A DNA stretch of 62,759 nt, the filler included, from Rhabdomonas costata (taxonomy: Eukaryota): NCBI GenBank assembly GCA_019059605.1. It is 44 parts of 44 records of this genome, joined end to end, with 100 filler letters (N's around TTAATTAATTAA, not from the genome) between each part and the next. Parts side by side here need not be neighbours in the genome. Positions count along the whole stretch, not along the records: positions 48,582 to 49,909 come from JAHMHO010019230.1; positions 50,010 to 51,337 come from JAHMHO010019231.1; positions 51,438 to 52,765 come from JAHMHO010019232.1; positions 52,866 to 54,193 come from JAHMHO010019233.1; positions 54,294 to 55,621 come from JAHMHO010019234.1; positions 55,722 to 57,048 come from JAHMHO010019235.1; positions 57,149 to 58,477 come from JAHMHO010019236.1; positions 58,578 to 59,905 come from JAHMHO010019237.1; 36 more parts are not named here. One strand, given 5' to 3'. The notes below the pieces were generated by a model. That model did not search any database. It was given only the letters and a program-made list of their open reading frames with translations, and had not been told where the DNA came from. This document shows, in pieces, positions 49,302-60,982 of this stretch; positions within the stretch are counted from its first letter, which is position 1, and each line of letters begins with the position of its first letter. The translations under genes were made by a program, and so were the position numbers.

Positions 49302-49905
49302 GAAAAGGCGACTTGTGAAAAGAACTCAGTTCGGCCTCGAGCTGACATGCGCTACGACAGTCCACGATTGTCAAGGAAAGACGGAGGGCATTATTGCCAC
49401 TTCGGCCAATGAAGACTGGAACAAAAAGTTTTGGGCGCCCAGCATGTTATTTACTGTGCTGACATGTGTGGGTCGTCTCTCCGAAATCTACTTCTGCGGG
49501 TATTCGGAGCAATCACTGCGACTTCTCCTTCACTAACGTTCACACTTGCACGGAACAGTTGACCTCTGGCTGCAACAGGTTAGCTTTCATTTTGAAAAAA
49601 TCCGTTTCTCTCGTTTCCCTTTTCGCGATTTCTTTTACTTTCACGTCTGCATCACAGGTCAACCTGGTTGGTGCTGGAGCTCCTTCAATTACCACAGCCC
49701 CTTTCTTGCAGCCTGGTTGGTGCTGGAGCTCCTTCAATTACCACAGCCCCTTTCTTGCAGCTAAACGCCACCGACTTCTACGACTTATCGCCAGTACCCT
49801 CTGGCTCAGGAATCAACGTCGCCTATGTGCTCGAAGCTTCGTCAAGCAAAGTCGTCTACGTTGGGTCTTCGGACAACCTTATTGATCGCCTAAGGGTGCA
49901 CAACA
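49302..49905 (+). pseudogene. PIF1-family helicase C-terminus fused to a GIY-YIG endonuclease (Helitron-like), with one intron at 49579-49657
   Basis: KRTQFGLELTCATTVHDCQGKT...FWAPSMLFTVLTCVGRLSEIYF (PIF1 motifs V-VI); TAA at 49534; cag|gttagc...cacag|; then VAYVLEASSSKVVYVGSSDNLIDRLRVHN (GIY-YIG). Confidence 0.82.
49663..49760. repeat. Perfect 49-bp tandem duplication
   Basis: cctggttggtgctggagctccttcaattaccacagcccctttcttgcag occurs twice (49663-49711, 49712-49760). Confidence 0.97.
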
Positions 49906-50019
49906 CACANNNNNNNNNNNNNNNNNNNNNNNNNNNNNNNNNNNNNNNNNNNNTTAATTAATTAANNNNNNNNNNNNNNNNNNNNNNNNNNNNNNNNNNN
50001 NNNNNNNNNTTTGTGTGTG

Positions 50020-51145
50020 CGATTGAACCTGATTTGGACTCCGAGGCCGCTGCGAAGGCTCTGAAGCTGCTGGGATTGGCACGGGCCTGGTCTCAGGGAC
50101 TATCCCCGGCATTGTTGGAGCAGGGCACCTTTGAAGTCCTATTGCAGGTATCTGGCCCGATAGATAGATGTTTATTTGGTGTATGTATGTTTAATTCGGT
50201 CGACGGTCGGTGCATTGATGCCTATCATCCCTTCATCCCTAGGTCCTACACATTGGACACCACTCCTGACAGAGCTGTGACGTTAGGTGAATGGTTCTAA
50301 TGAGCCTCTGCAACGTTATGCGACGCTTCTTGACTCGCCTCCGTCGTAATTCTGATGTGTGACTCTGGTGTGGCGTCCAGGATTTACTTTTCAGCGAGAC
50401 GGAATATGACTGTGCGAGTTATCTGCCCGCCCCCCACTGTCTTTCCTTTCGTGACGCCCTGCAGGAAATTTCAGATAACGAGGGTCGCCTGGCGCACGTC
50501 CTCGCCCGCTCCGCGCTTAAGCCGACGCCTCCGCTGCGGTTTGGTGCGCTGTGGGACGATCTGCAGCAGCGGGCATCCGCCCTGCCATTCGCACAGTGCC
50601 CATCCTCTTCCTTGGATGGGGCGGTATCTTCCTCGGGTTCTCTGTGCAGCCTTCGGGAACGCGTACAGGAACAGTTCTGGGACACAGTGGCTCTTCGGTG
50701 CCTAAAGGTTTTGCTACCCTCCCAGTGTTGGTGGATCTCTCGATTTTATCCTATGGCGTTTTTCTTTCGAGATCGTAATACCTAGTCCTTTTTCAATTGA
50801 ATGGCATATTGGTCATCAATTTAGTGTGCTTCAATGAAATACATCCATTTGATACGAGATGAATAAAATGGATTTCCGAAGCAAATTTTTCTGGCTTTTT
50901 TCTGGCTGAGCATTTTCAGGCTGCTTTTTTACGTGCACCTCAGTGTGTTTTGAAGCTGTCGTTCTTGGTGGGTGCTGTCTTACCTTCAGCTTTCGGCGCC
51001 GGCTTTGTGGGTCCAAGTGGTTCACAGACACTCTCCTACCCGAGGATAGCTATTGTGGGCTTCCGATGTGCCGTCTGACTGCTCTGGCAGCAGACCTGGG
51101 ACAGTGTGCGGCGCAGTTTCTGGAAGATGCTTCGGACCTGAAGCG
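50020..51145 (+). CDS. Three phase-compatible exons of an unknown helical protein (to 50147; 50465-50543; 51028-51145)
   Basis: ...EQGTFEVLLQ|EISDNEGRLAHVLARSALKPTPPLRF-D|TLLPEDSYCGLPMCRL...DLKR, with GT-AG introns. Confidence 0.55.
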
Positions 51146-54100
51146 GTATTGTTGACACCCCCCCTCGCTTCATTTCCTCCCTTTATCTCAACTCTTGCCA
51201 GCGAATGCATCATAGCTCTGCATTTGCGGAACATAAGCGCCGAAGGTATCGTTGTGTTTTCAGCGGGGCGTCGCTAGGCTGGAGAAAGATGATGATGAGT
51301 GGGGCCAGGCAATGAGAGCGGGATTTCACCCAAAACCNNNNNNNNNNNNNNNNNNNNNNNNNNNNNNNNNNNNNNNNNNNNTTAATTAATTAANNNNNNN
51401 NNNNNNNNNNNNNNNNNNNNNNNNNNNNNNNNNNNNNGTGTGGTGGGTGGACGACTGCAAATATTCGAAAAGGGCCTCAAAAAGGACCCCTGTACGGGAC
51501 CGTGGGTTTTTAATGGAAAAGAAGACCCCATGGAAGGTTCTGAGCGGTGCCGACAATAACATGTGCCTCATCAGGGTGGATTGTGAATACCTGTCTTTTG
51601 AAACACGAAAACCGGGTTACCAAGAAAACAACCGAGGGGAAACCGGAAAGCGTGCAAACGCTTCCAAACGTTTGGTCGTCTTCTTTTACTCCCATCCCTA
51701 CTGTTCTTCGCTACTTAGATACAGTACCCATGTCGGGGTGACCGATGCAAGTTAGCAACCAGCGGTGGTTGACGCAGCTGCAGCTGCTCAATAATCAAGT
51801 GCGAACACAGTGGTGGCCGGACCCCCCCCCCTTCCCCGGACACGATAGCACCGTAAGCGAGGATGGCAAAGAGCAAAGGGCTCACGCGAGGTTCAAGAAC
51901 CGGGTTGTCGGAAGGCGGCCCAGGGGCATGGCTGAGCAGCTGGGTGACTCTTTGTTGTAGTCGGGTGTTCTGGACGCGGAGTTCGGAGATCGTTCGGCGA
52001 AGTTGCTGCACAGTAGCCGACTCGCGCTGAAGGGCAAAAGCATATCAGAGATACAGAGAGCACAGAAAAAATGAGATTTCCAAACAATCTGGACCACGAG
52101 ATGAAAATACCCCCCCGCCGAAGGATCGTATTATCGGGTAAACATGTCCTTGTGTAGTACTGAAGAATAGAAAATGGAAGATACTCCATTTGTTTGTCAA
52201 CGCATTTAAACCCCAACAAATATATGCAATACAATGGGAGCGAGGATTTCTTCCAAAGCACACCTTATTTCAATGTTATCAAGCCACCGCTGAAACCTGC
52301 GGTTTCCAACGGCCATTTCACTCTAAAGCAGGAAAGTGGCAATCGCACTCTTTTCAACCCCACACCTGGTGCTCCACCTCAAGCAGAGGATCCCCAGCAA
52401 AGGACAGTCGCAGCGGCTTCGCAGACCCGAAGGGCACCAGAGGACCCCGAGGGCGAGAACTTGGGGGAGCCCCTATATGTTCGTTCACATTACGCCCACT
52501 CACTTCAGACCGGGCGATCTGTTTTCGGAGGTAAAAAGGAACCCGTTGTTAAAGGGTGAAACAGGGCATCGGGCATACCATGTATTTCGCGGAAGATTCG
52601 AGCTGGTTAAAACACTTATTACCTGCGGGCCTGTGGAAGACGAGTGGCAGAGGTGGGGGTGGAGGCAAAGGCTGCAGCGGACATTGCTTTCAATCCAGTT
52701 TTGCAAAACGTTGTCTTGATTTTTATTTTTCGAAAAAGGTGATTTTTAAGCAGCACACGCACAATNNNNNNNNNNNNNNNNNNNNNNNNNNNNNNNNNNN
52801 NNNNNNNNNTTAATTAATTAANNNNNNNNNNNNNNNNNNNNNNNNNNNNNNNNNNNNNNNNNNNNTTGTTTTGTTGTGAGCAAGATGTGGGTGTCGTCAA
52901 ACTCTCCGCTGCAGTGGAGCAAGATGCGGCACAAAAAGAGCCGACAGCGAATGAGAAACCCGCTGAGGGAACAAGGACCAGCCCTGCGGCATTTCGGACC
53001 CCACATGCACGTGATGGAAAAGAAGGAGGGGCGAAAGCGGGCACGCTGAACCAGAAGTAGAGGCCGGCGGGAGTCTCCAGGAAGGGGGTCCCATGACGGC
53101 AAGGCAAGCCCATTGCCCCATGGGCACCTCAGAGCCAGCCCGGAGCACAGCCCCCCGGAAGGCCTCAGCCACAGTGGACCCACCCTGAAGCTCTGCGTAT
53201 CTATGACACCACCCCAAAACAGGTGCCAGCCGCACTCGCACACACAGACGTTTAGCGGGCCAACAGGAGTTCGTTGACAAAATCAAGTGCCCTCAATAGC
53301 GTGCGTAAATAGTGGGTGTGCTCGGCTGCGCTGCAGCCGCCCCAAGCTCAGCACTGGCGAAAAAAAAACAAAAAACAGAGCGCCCTGGAGGGTGTGCCCC
53401 CCCCCAACGATGAGTACGCCATTTTGAAAAAAATTTCTTACCTCCTGCTTCACTCGTCCCTTGAAGCTTCAGGTGCGTTTTCTATCTGAGCCCGCCTTCC
53501 CTTCGCAAGAAAGGTAAGTATCAGTGATCTGCAGCATTGAGAAGCTGCCATGACGGCAACTGTAATCAGTTAGGTTTAAAAAAGATGGTGTTAAATCCAT
53601 GAGAAAAAACAGCGTGCGCTATAACTGAAAGGTACATTTCGGTCAGCTTCGGCAAACGAAACTCCTCTACTTTCTTTTCAGTGAAGCACACACACAGAAG
53701 CTGCAGGAATCGCTGGCGGCCTTCCTCCTCGGCGCCCTTCAGCTTCCACAGCGGGAGCACAGTGCACCCAAAGCCAGCTATGGACACGGAATGAAGGGAA
53801 GTTGAGAAACAAAGAAAAGACAGGACGCATAGGCAAGAAGTCACCGCGAGGCAGTTTTCAAGTTCATGTGTTACGACAAGACCTGCAAGCTTGCAGTTCG
53901 GGTGAGAGTCGACTACAAACCACACCTCTCACTCCACGCTGGTATGCGAATTGCGATGTTTGGGCAAACGACCCAAGTTACAGAAATGATCGAATGCCCC
54001 CCTGTTGGTTGCCAGATGTGTCGCAAGTCCAGAGGTCCGTTTACAAGAATCCGGCGGGAAAAAGGCGAAAAAGGCGAAAAAAAAAAGCGCTGCCTTTTTC

Positions 54101-54299
54101 TTTTTGCTCTTTGGAAGTCAAAGATGGATGGAGGTCGAAACTCGCGGACCTCAGGGTAAACACACAATCAGACTCGCATTTGTAAAGGCAAATNNNNNNN
54201 NNNNNNNNNNNNNNNNNNNNNNNNNNNNNNNNNNNNNTTAATTAATTAANNNNNNNNNNNNNNNNNNNNNNNNNNNNNNNNNNNNNNNNNNNNTGTGGG

Positions 54300-54356
54300 G
54301 GTGGCCGGTGTTTGCTTTGCCCCATAACCCAAAGGGCAAAGCAAACACCGGCCACC
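54300..54356. repeat. Contig-end perfect inverted repeat (23-bp arms), probable fold-back
   Basis: 54300-54322 is the reverse complement of 54334-54356. Confidence 0.88.
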
Positions 54357-54624
54357 TCCATAGCAGTCCACTCAGAAAAGACGCATTGCATTCAAGGGAG
54401 TGGGGCTGGACAGCCTGGCATGAGTCATTTTGAGTTTTATTAACTTGGGAAGTGTCGTCTGCAGACTTGTCGCAGGATTGGTAGTGCCATCCCGCAGGCT
54501 TGTCCCCGTCCCATCCCGCACGCATGATCCCTGAATAACTGTCTTCCTTGCCTTGAGTGGGTGCGTATAAGGTGAGGTTGTGTAGGGGCGGGGGGAGGAA
54601 GTGATGAAGGGTTGTGGCAGAAAC

Positions 54625-54753
54625 CTTCAGCACTGATGCTCCCCAGAGCAGACACCGCGGCCTCAACCACGCGGCAGATTCCGCTATGGGTATCGAGGGC
54701 CTGCAACAGGGGCCACAGGCCGTTCTCAGCCGCGACCCTCTTCAGCTGAGTCA
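54625..54753 (-). CDS. ARM-repeat-like exon
   Basis: gcag|(V)TQLKRVAAENGLWPLLQALDTHSGICRVVEAAVSALGSISAE|gtttct, a 129-nt phase 1-1 exon spanning one ARM unit. Confidence 0.65.
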
Positions 54754-55900
54754 CTGCGCCCGCCACATGCACAAACACTCATCGAGTACATATCGCCGTT
54801 GACATGTTTATTTCGCCCACCCAGAAAATGGTCAATAATATCCGCCTGCCTTTCCAACTGCCGTGGTTTCAAAGGGAAGGACTGCAACGACAAATTCGGT
54901 TAAAATGTCTCATCTCACTCATTTTACCTGTTCTACCTGTTTTACCTGCGCTCTAGCTCGGTATGTATATATATGGCCCTTGGGGTCAAGTATTTCTAAA
55001 TGTTTGTTGTGAAACCGGATCTTTGTGCACGCGATTGTGCACATAAATTCTTAAGGTAATTGTGGGTGAACCAGCCCATAATTATGGCTCGGGCTTAGGG
55101 TTTGGCCTTGCTCAGCCCCTGTGTGTCATTCTCACGCCTCAGCTGTTAGAGAACCTGTGTTAAGTATGAAGAGTGTCAGAGTGTCTTCGATAAAAAAACT
55201 GCGCACCAAAAAACGAGTGGAATCTCTGTTCATAGCGAAATCTTGGCGGAGTTGGAATTGACATGGGTGAAAGGAGGAAGGGGAATCAGAATAGCTGCCC
55301 GAAAGGTGCTGACACCCAGTTAAGCCCAATGATAGGTTCGAAAGAGAGATGTCAATTATTATGGTGCTGGTTATTTTAATACGGAGAATTGCAGTTGAGC
55401 AATAATTTTGCCAACGGTGACTTTCAAAAGCGAGGGTTTTTAATTGCTCGACGTCAGCATGAATTCGACAAACTTTTTTCACCGGGAAGTACCTCCTGTA
55501 TGGGTGAAAACACCTCCTTTTACAACGCAATTCTAAAACACCTGCGCGGGCAATCTAACGCAACTGCCTTTTAAAGCAAAAAAGAACTGTGACACCCTCA
55601 GAGAGAGGATACCACAACAAANNNNNNNNNNNNNNNNNNNNNNNNNNNNNNNNNNNNNNNNNNNNTTAATTAATTAANNNNNNNNNNNNNNNNNNNNNNN
55701 NNNNNNNNNNNNNNNNNNNNNCGTAATGTTGGTACTCGAGGTAGCATTGGCGTATTTTTTGCATTTATGTTTTGTCTTGGAGGGCTTTCAGGAATTGTTC
55801 CACTCATTGTGGTGACACAGGGCAAGGCTCTATACTCGGGCTTTCGTCTGTTTTGGTGTGTGTGTGTGTGGTTGTGTGTGAGGGGGTGATTTACCTCCAG

Positions 55901-56695
55901 GTACTGTGACGGCGTATCGGGAGCCGTCCGGGAGGGGGATCCGGGTGGACGGCTGTGGGTATGTCGGGTTCACTCCACCCGCGGCGTTTGATTCGCTGCT
56001 GGCAAAGGTGATCTGTACCGTGCCCCTGGGGAGGGGGGAGGGGCAGGACGAGGGCCCCTCTGCCCTTGCTCTGCAGCGCCGTGCCGTGCTGGCCCTGCAG
56101 GTATGCGTGGGGAACGTGAGGTGCCCCAATCTCAATGTGGGCGAATGTGGCTGCTCTGGGGGTAGTGGATGCAGCAATGATGCCCTGTGCCGAAGAACCA
56201 CGTCTCCCACTATGTTTTGTGCGTTTTGCTATGACCGTTTGATGGGTTTTGCGGTTACGTTATGACCGTGTGGGTTTTTATGTGCAATGTACCCCCTCCC
56301 CCCACTGCCCTGCTTTCTCCGCATTTTTTTTTCGCGATGCAGACGATCGCAGTTTTCGTTTTTTTTGTACTGTATGAATAGAGTCTCAGACACATTCTAA
56401 TGTAAGAGCTGCGGCCTGCTCTGTAAAAGGAGAACCAGAACCTTTCTTGTTTGCTTGGGCACAGCATAGCGGGACCGGACAGGACCGCCCCAACAACCGA
56501 CTCAGGCGATTGGCACCTCTTCCATAAATATTTTGTGCGGTTTTTTTCATTTCCAGGAGTTCCATGTGGAAGGGGTGTCAACGAACATCCCGCTGCTGCT
56601 GCATGTCCTGCAGAGCCCAGAGTTCTTAGCGGGCACCCTGACCACGGCTGTTGTGGACGCCGTGGTGGGCAGCGATAGCCCACCCCAGGCTGCGG
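55901..56695 (+). CDS. Biotin carboxylase C-terminal domain, two exons (55901-56100, 56557-56695)
   Basis: GTVTAYREPSGRGIRVDGCGYVGFTPPAAFDSLLAKVI...ALQ|EFHVEGVSTNIPLLLHVLQSPEFLAGTLTT, joined by a canonical phase-0 intron. Confidence 0.92.
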
Positions 56696-57382
56696 GTGCG
56701 CCTCTGCCTCCCTTCCTCCCTCCCGTCCCGCAAAGCCAGACATCCGAACACGCCAAATGCTGACGCCTCGTACTCACTGTGTACTAGAATGAAGGTTTAT
56801 GCCACTACTTGACACAAGGAAGTAAAAGCTGAAATTTTTGACCACGTTACTTTCGGTTTGTTGACGTCACCCCCGAACCATTTATGCTTTGCGAAGCCTC
56901 GCTGGTCAATCCCTTTAGAACCGGTGCAGTGTGTGGATCAATCCCGCTGGACTTGTGTGTGTGTGTGTGCGTGTGGCCTTTGCGCTCATACGCTCGGGTC
57001 TGAGAGAAAAAGATGCGCCCTCCCTATTCCAAATATCACCACACCCCCNNNNNNNNNNNNNNNNNNNNNNNNNNNNNNNNNNNNNNNNNNNNTTAATTAA
57101 TTAANNNNNNNNNNNNNNNNNNNNNNNNNNNNNNNNNNNNNNNNNNNNAGTGCAGGTGCATGTCCGTTGGCCAAGATGCTTCGCTCACTGGTGGACTGGT
57201 GTCGATCAGGGCCCGTCCACGGGATACTGGGAGCTGATCTGGAGCGTTTTGCTGATTTGGGACCCTTAATCTCAGCGAAGAAGTGTGCCACATACCGGAT
57301 GGAAGGGTTATTGTGTGCCCGTGCATGTGTGGTGTTGCTTTTTTTCTTGCACGCCATGGTGATAACCATCACATTCCTGCGG

Positions 57383-58377
57383 TGTCACGCTACAGGACGT
57401 GGTGTAATTCCCACCCAAAAGAAAACCGTGGTGCATGATCCCGACAAGTGAGTAAGATGACGTTCCTACTCCGCTACGCTTCGTTTATCTACCTCCTACT
57501 CAGAGATGCCTCGTACCTCGATATCTCTACGTACCTCTCAATAAAGCCTCAGCAGGGTGATGTCAGGGTCATGTCTGAGTGACGACGGCGTGATGCCATG
57601 ACTCCGTACCACGACCACCAACGCTACCACAACCAACATCAATGTATTTTACAGGACGCGCATACCACTACTAATAGGTTAAACACCCCCTAAGTTGATG
57701 AGATACAGACCATGTGTCCTACCTCGAAGCGAATGGATAGTGTGGAGCATGTGTGTTATGTGTAAGGTCCGTGCGTGGAGGGTGTCCACATGCTGTTCGG
57801 TCGGTAAGTCCTAGCAGCAATGAACCTCTCACCACGCCAACCCTACACATAGCCACCATGTGACAATCTACTAACTGGGTAACCATGCCACAACGTTGGA
57901 CTACCGAAAGAGGACCACATGTTCGTACTAACACAACACACAACAGGACCTTCCACAAGATGTGTACGACCTGCGACGTCACCGTTGGAAGGCAATAGTG
58001 TTAATGCAGATACCACGGTTGTAGACATGGCACGAAACGTTGACAGCACAGTAGCTGATGTTGGACTGACCCACCTTCTCCACGTGGTGCCAACAACCAT
58101 CCTGAGCTCCATCCACGAACGCACTCCATCCCAACCAGTTGTCTCGCCCAGGTCTGACGCTGTACCATGACGTAGAAGGGACGCCATGACACCAACGCTG
58201 CACCAAGCTGACCGGACAACCTTCCAGCCCAAGAGAACCTTGCCCTCACACCCAGCGTAGTGGCTAGCACCCAACTCTACGGGACCAGTGAGTGTCTTAG
58301 CAGGGATACACGCAGCACCATCCAGTCGTAATGAGGACAAGAAGAAGCACGCGCGAAGAACCAGCACCGACGTGACA
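57383..58377. mobile_element. Possible decayed LTR-retrotransposon non-coding DNA
   Basis: TGTCACG at 57383, AATAAA at 57540, and purine-rich ggaaggcaatag followed by TGTTA at 57999. No protein motifs recognised. Confidence 0.3.
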
Positions 58378-58993
58378 GCAGAAATCCCGGCTAGGAGCTG
58401 AGAGGTTACAAGCTGGACGACAGGATCGCCTCAACAGGTAACTCGCCTCTCAGTTCACGGAGCTCAGTGCAGTGCATNNNNNNNNNNNNNNNNNNNNNNN
58501 NNNNNNNNNNNNNNNNNNNNNTTAATTAATTAANNNNNNNNNNNNNNNNNNNNNNNNNNNNNNNNNNNNNNNNNNNNACATGAGGCAAATGCAGATCTCT
58601 TCAAAGATCTCCTGAGGGAGCTTCCGCAGCTCCCACTGAAAGGCTTCCTTGGTCAGGGCCCAGCAGTAGATCCTGCAGAGAGGGATGTGGGGGTGAAACT
58701 ACACTCAAACTTGCGCTCCATTTTGGGGAATGTGGATGAAATGATTCTCTCGGGTGGACACTAATGTTATGGGGAAATGGGGAAATGGGAGAAAGGAATT
58801 TGTATGAGTAGATGCTGGTTGCAACGGCGCAGCAAAGGGTTACTGGACATGAGGAAATTCCCGCGGCATTGGCATATCTTTGGCACAGCTGGGTGTGCTT
58901 TTGCAACGGAATGCCCCCCATAAACACCACAAAAAGGGAGGAAAGCACAAAAATAGACACAAAAAGACGAAGGACGGGGATACAGATGCGCAC

Positions 58994-59452
58994 TTCTTTT
59001 GGCAGTAGATCGTGGCCGCTCGAGGCTCGTCAGCAAACACACCGTATTCACCAAAGTACCTGAAGATCACATACAATGCAAGAGCTCTACTGGAGAATAG
59101 CTAAATTAAATTTCACCCCCCTCCGCACACACCTCTATCACCCCTTCCCATCGCACTGGCATAACAGCGAGAGAGAGAGAGAGGGTAAAGAAAACGGAAA
59201 TCCAAAAAAGGAATCAGATTTTAGACAAATGAACGGGTTCACGGTGTGGCGCCCACGTTGCTGCTGTTTTCATCAGGGCACACTTGCGGGTCAACATCCA
59301 GGCACGGAGATCCAGGCAGACCTGGGGGCAGTCAGCACGGCGACCTTCACGCCGTTTGTTTTGCCTCGGCCCTTTGAGGTTGTGTTGGGGGGCCGCACGT
59401 AGATCTCCACGGTGCCCTCGGTCATAAGGTAAAAGGTGTACGACTCATCACC
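58994..59452 (-). CDS. Cyclic-nucleotide-binding domain, two exons (59452-59322, 59059-58994)
   Basis: GDESYTFYLMTEGTVEIYV...VKVAVLTAP-R|YFGEYGVFADEPRAATIYC contains the FGE...PRxAT phosphate-binding cassette. Confidence 0.9.
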
Positions 59453-60015
59453 CTGCGAGCGGGAGGAATTCGGGGAGTGAAGTTCGCTTGAAGCTGGAAG
59501 GATATACCACAGAAGGCAGCATGGCATTGCTGGTGAGCGAGAGGAAACAGCGAAACCCGATACCCGACCAAAGATGCGAGGTGTTGGTGAAAGCGCTTCA
59601 GTGATGGAAGGTTCAGGAGTTGCAGAATTAAGAATGCCTCACAATCAGACAATAGAATGGCTTGTATAATATTTCCCCTCTGCCTAATTCCTGTGTCCAA
59701 ATTTCGGTAGCTCTGACAAACTCTCACTTTACAAGAGTCACACCAAGAAAAACAATAGTAGACGAAAGAAGAACATCACATCGAGAAAGTGAGGTTAAAA
59801 TAAACACGAAAATGTCTGCATCTGGTCAACGGGACCCAACGATGGCCAACTAGAGCCAACCGCTGCACTATTTAAACTTAATTTTATGCAACCCCAAAAA
59901 CCCACNNNNNNNNNNNNNNNNNNNNNNNNNNNNNNNNNNNNNNNNNNNNTTAATTAATTAANNNNNNNNNNNNNNNNNNNNNNNNNNNNNNNNNNNNNNN
60001 NNNNNTGTGGGTGGT

Positions 60016-60982
60016 TCTCGAGGATCTCGCTGGCGTAGTCATCGGTGTTCCAGCCTCGGGAGGAGCCCAGGAAGGAACCCCCTGTGAGGGTTTTGCGGCG
60101 TTACAGAGAAGTGCAAGAGAGGTGGAGAAAAGGGGCACAGACAGCACCGGGTAACACCGCTACTAATGATTACGGCTGTCATTTCTGTGGCGTATTTCTT
60201 GGATTTGTATTTCTGTGGCTTATTGGTCTCCTCCCCCGCGACCCGTCTTCGGAGCAAAGGGGCAGGCACAGACGCACCGACGCGGTGGATGTCCTTCACC
60301 ACGTCTGGGGTGAGGTCCAGGGCGGTACTGAGACCCTCGTTGCATAGCCCGCGGTAGCCAAACTTGAACCCAATCACTCGCTTCACTCGGTACACCTGAG
60401 GGCCACACCAGATGGAGTGAGGGCTGTGAATTGATAATGTCCCTCCTCCGGCCCAAATCAGCCCATAACTAGAGTGTGTGTGTGTGTGTGTGTGCATGAG
60501 CTGTCGTGGTGAGCCTGCACACCACGCCTGACAATCTGACAACAGTGCAATAGGACTCCAGGCTGCGCGCGTTTTAGGTTAGGGGCAGCTTTTCTCTCCA
60601 TCATCGCTCTCCTTCGCGCGTGTGTGTTGTGTGTGATTCCTTTCCGTCTTTGCATCGCACCTAACACACACAGAAAGTCAACAAAGAAAATATGTTCGGT
60701 GTGGGCGTTGCGTTTCAAGATGATAATGGCAGAGCACTGCCACACTGACTTGCGCAGCGGAGCTGGAAATCTCAGGCCTGCCTGCAGCTCCTACATGGCG
60801 AGAGCGGGCCATAGGAATGCGCGATGATATGGGCAGAGAGGGAGATGGAAGGGGGAGAGGGGACCTCGGTAGAGAAGACGGCGATGCTGCGGATGACGTC
60901 GTTGAGCCCTGGACACAGCCCGCCACAGGTGACAATCCCCACGGTGGTGGTGTGGGGGTTGAAGTGGAGGTAGCGGTGAGGC
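60016..60982 (-). CDS. PFK: Phosphofructokinase of kinetoplastid-like type, three exons (60982-60865, 60395-60278, 60081 to contig end)
   Basis: [56 protein letters not shown]...[16 protein letters not shown]. All introns GT-AG and phase-compatible. Confidence 0.96.

Noticed and set aside
20265-49905. A methyltransferase, nuclease/helicase and WD40 sensor read together as one defence or restriction-modification system
   Set aside because: They lie on different, unlinked contigs that are adjacent only because of size sorting.
51438-52765. Several overlapping 100-127 aa ORFs
   Set aside because: No recognisable domain or consistent splice structure.
55095-55102. TTAGGG telomere-like unit
   Set aside because: Single copy with no array.
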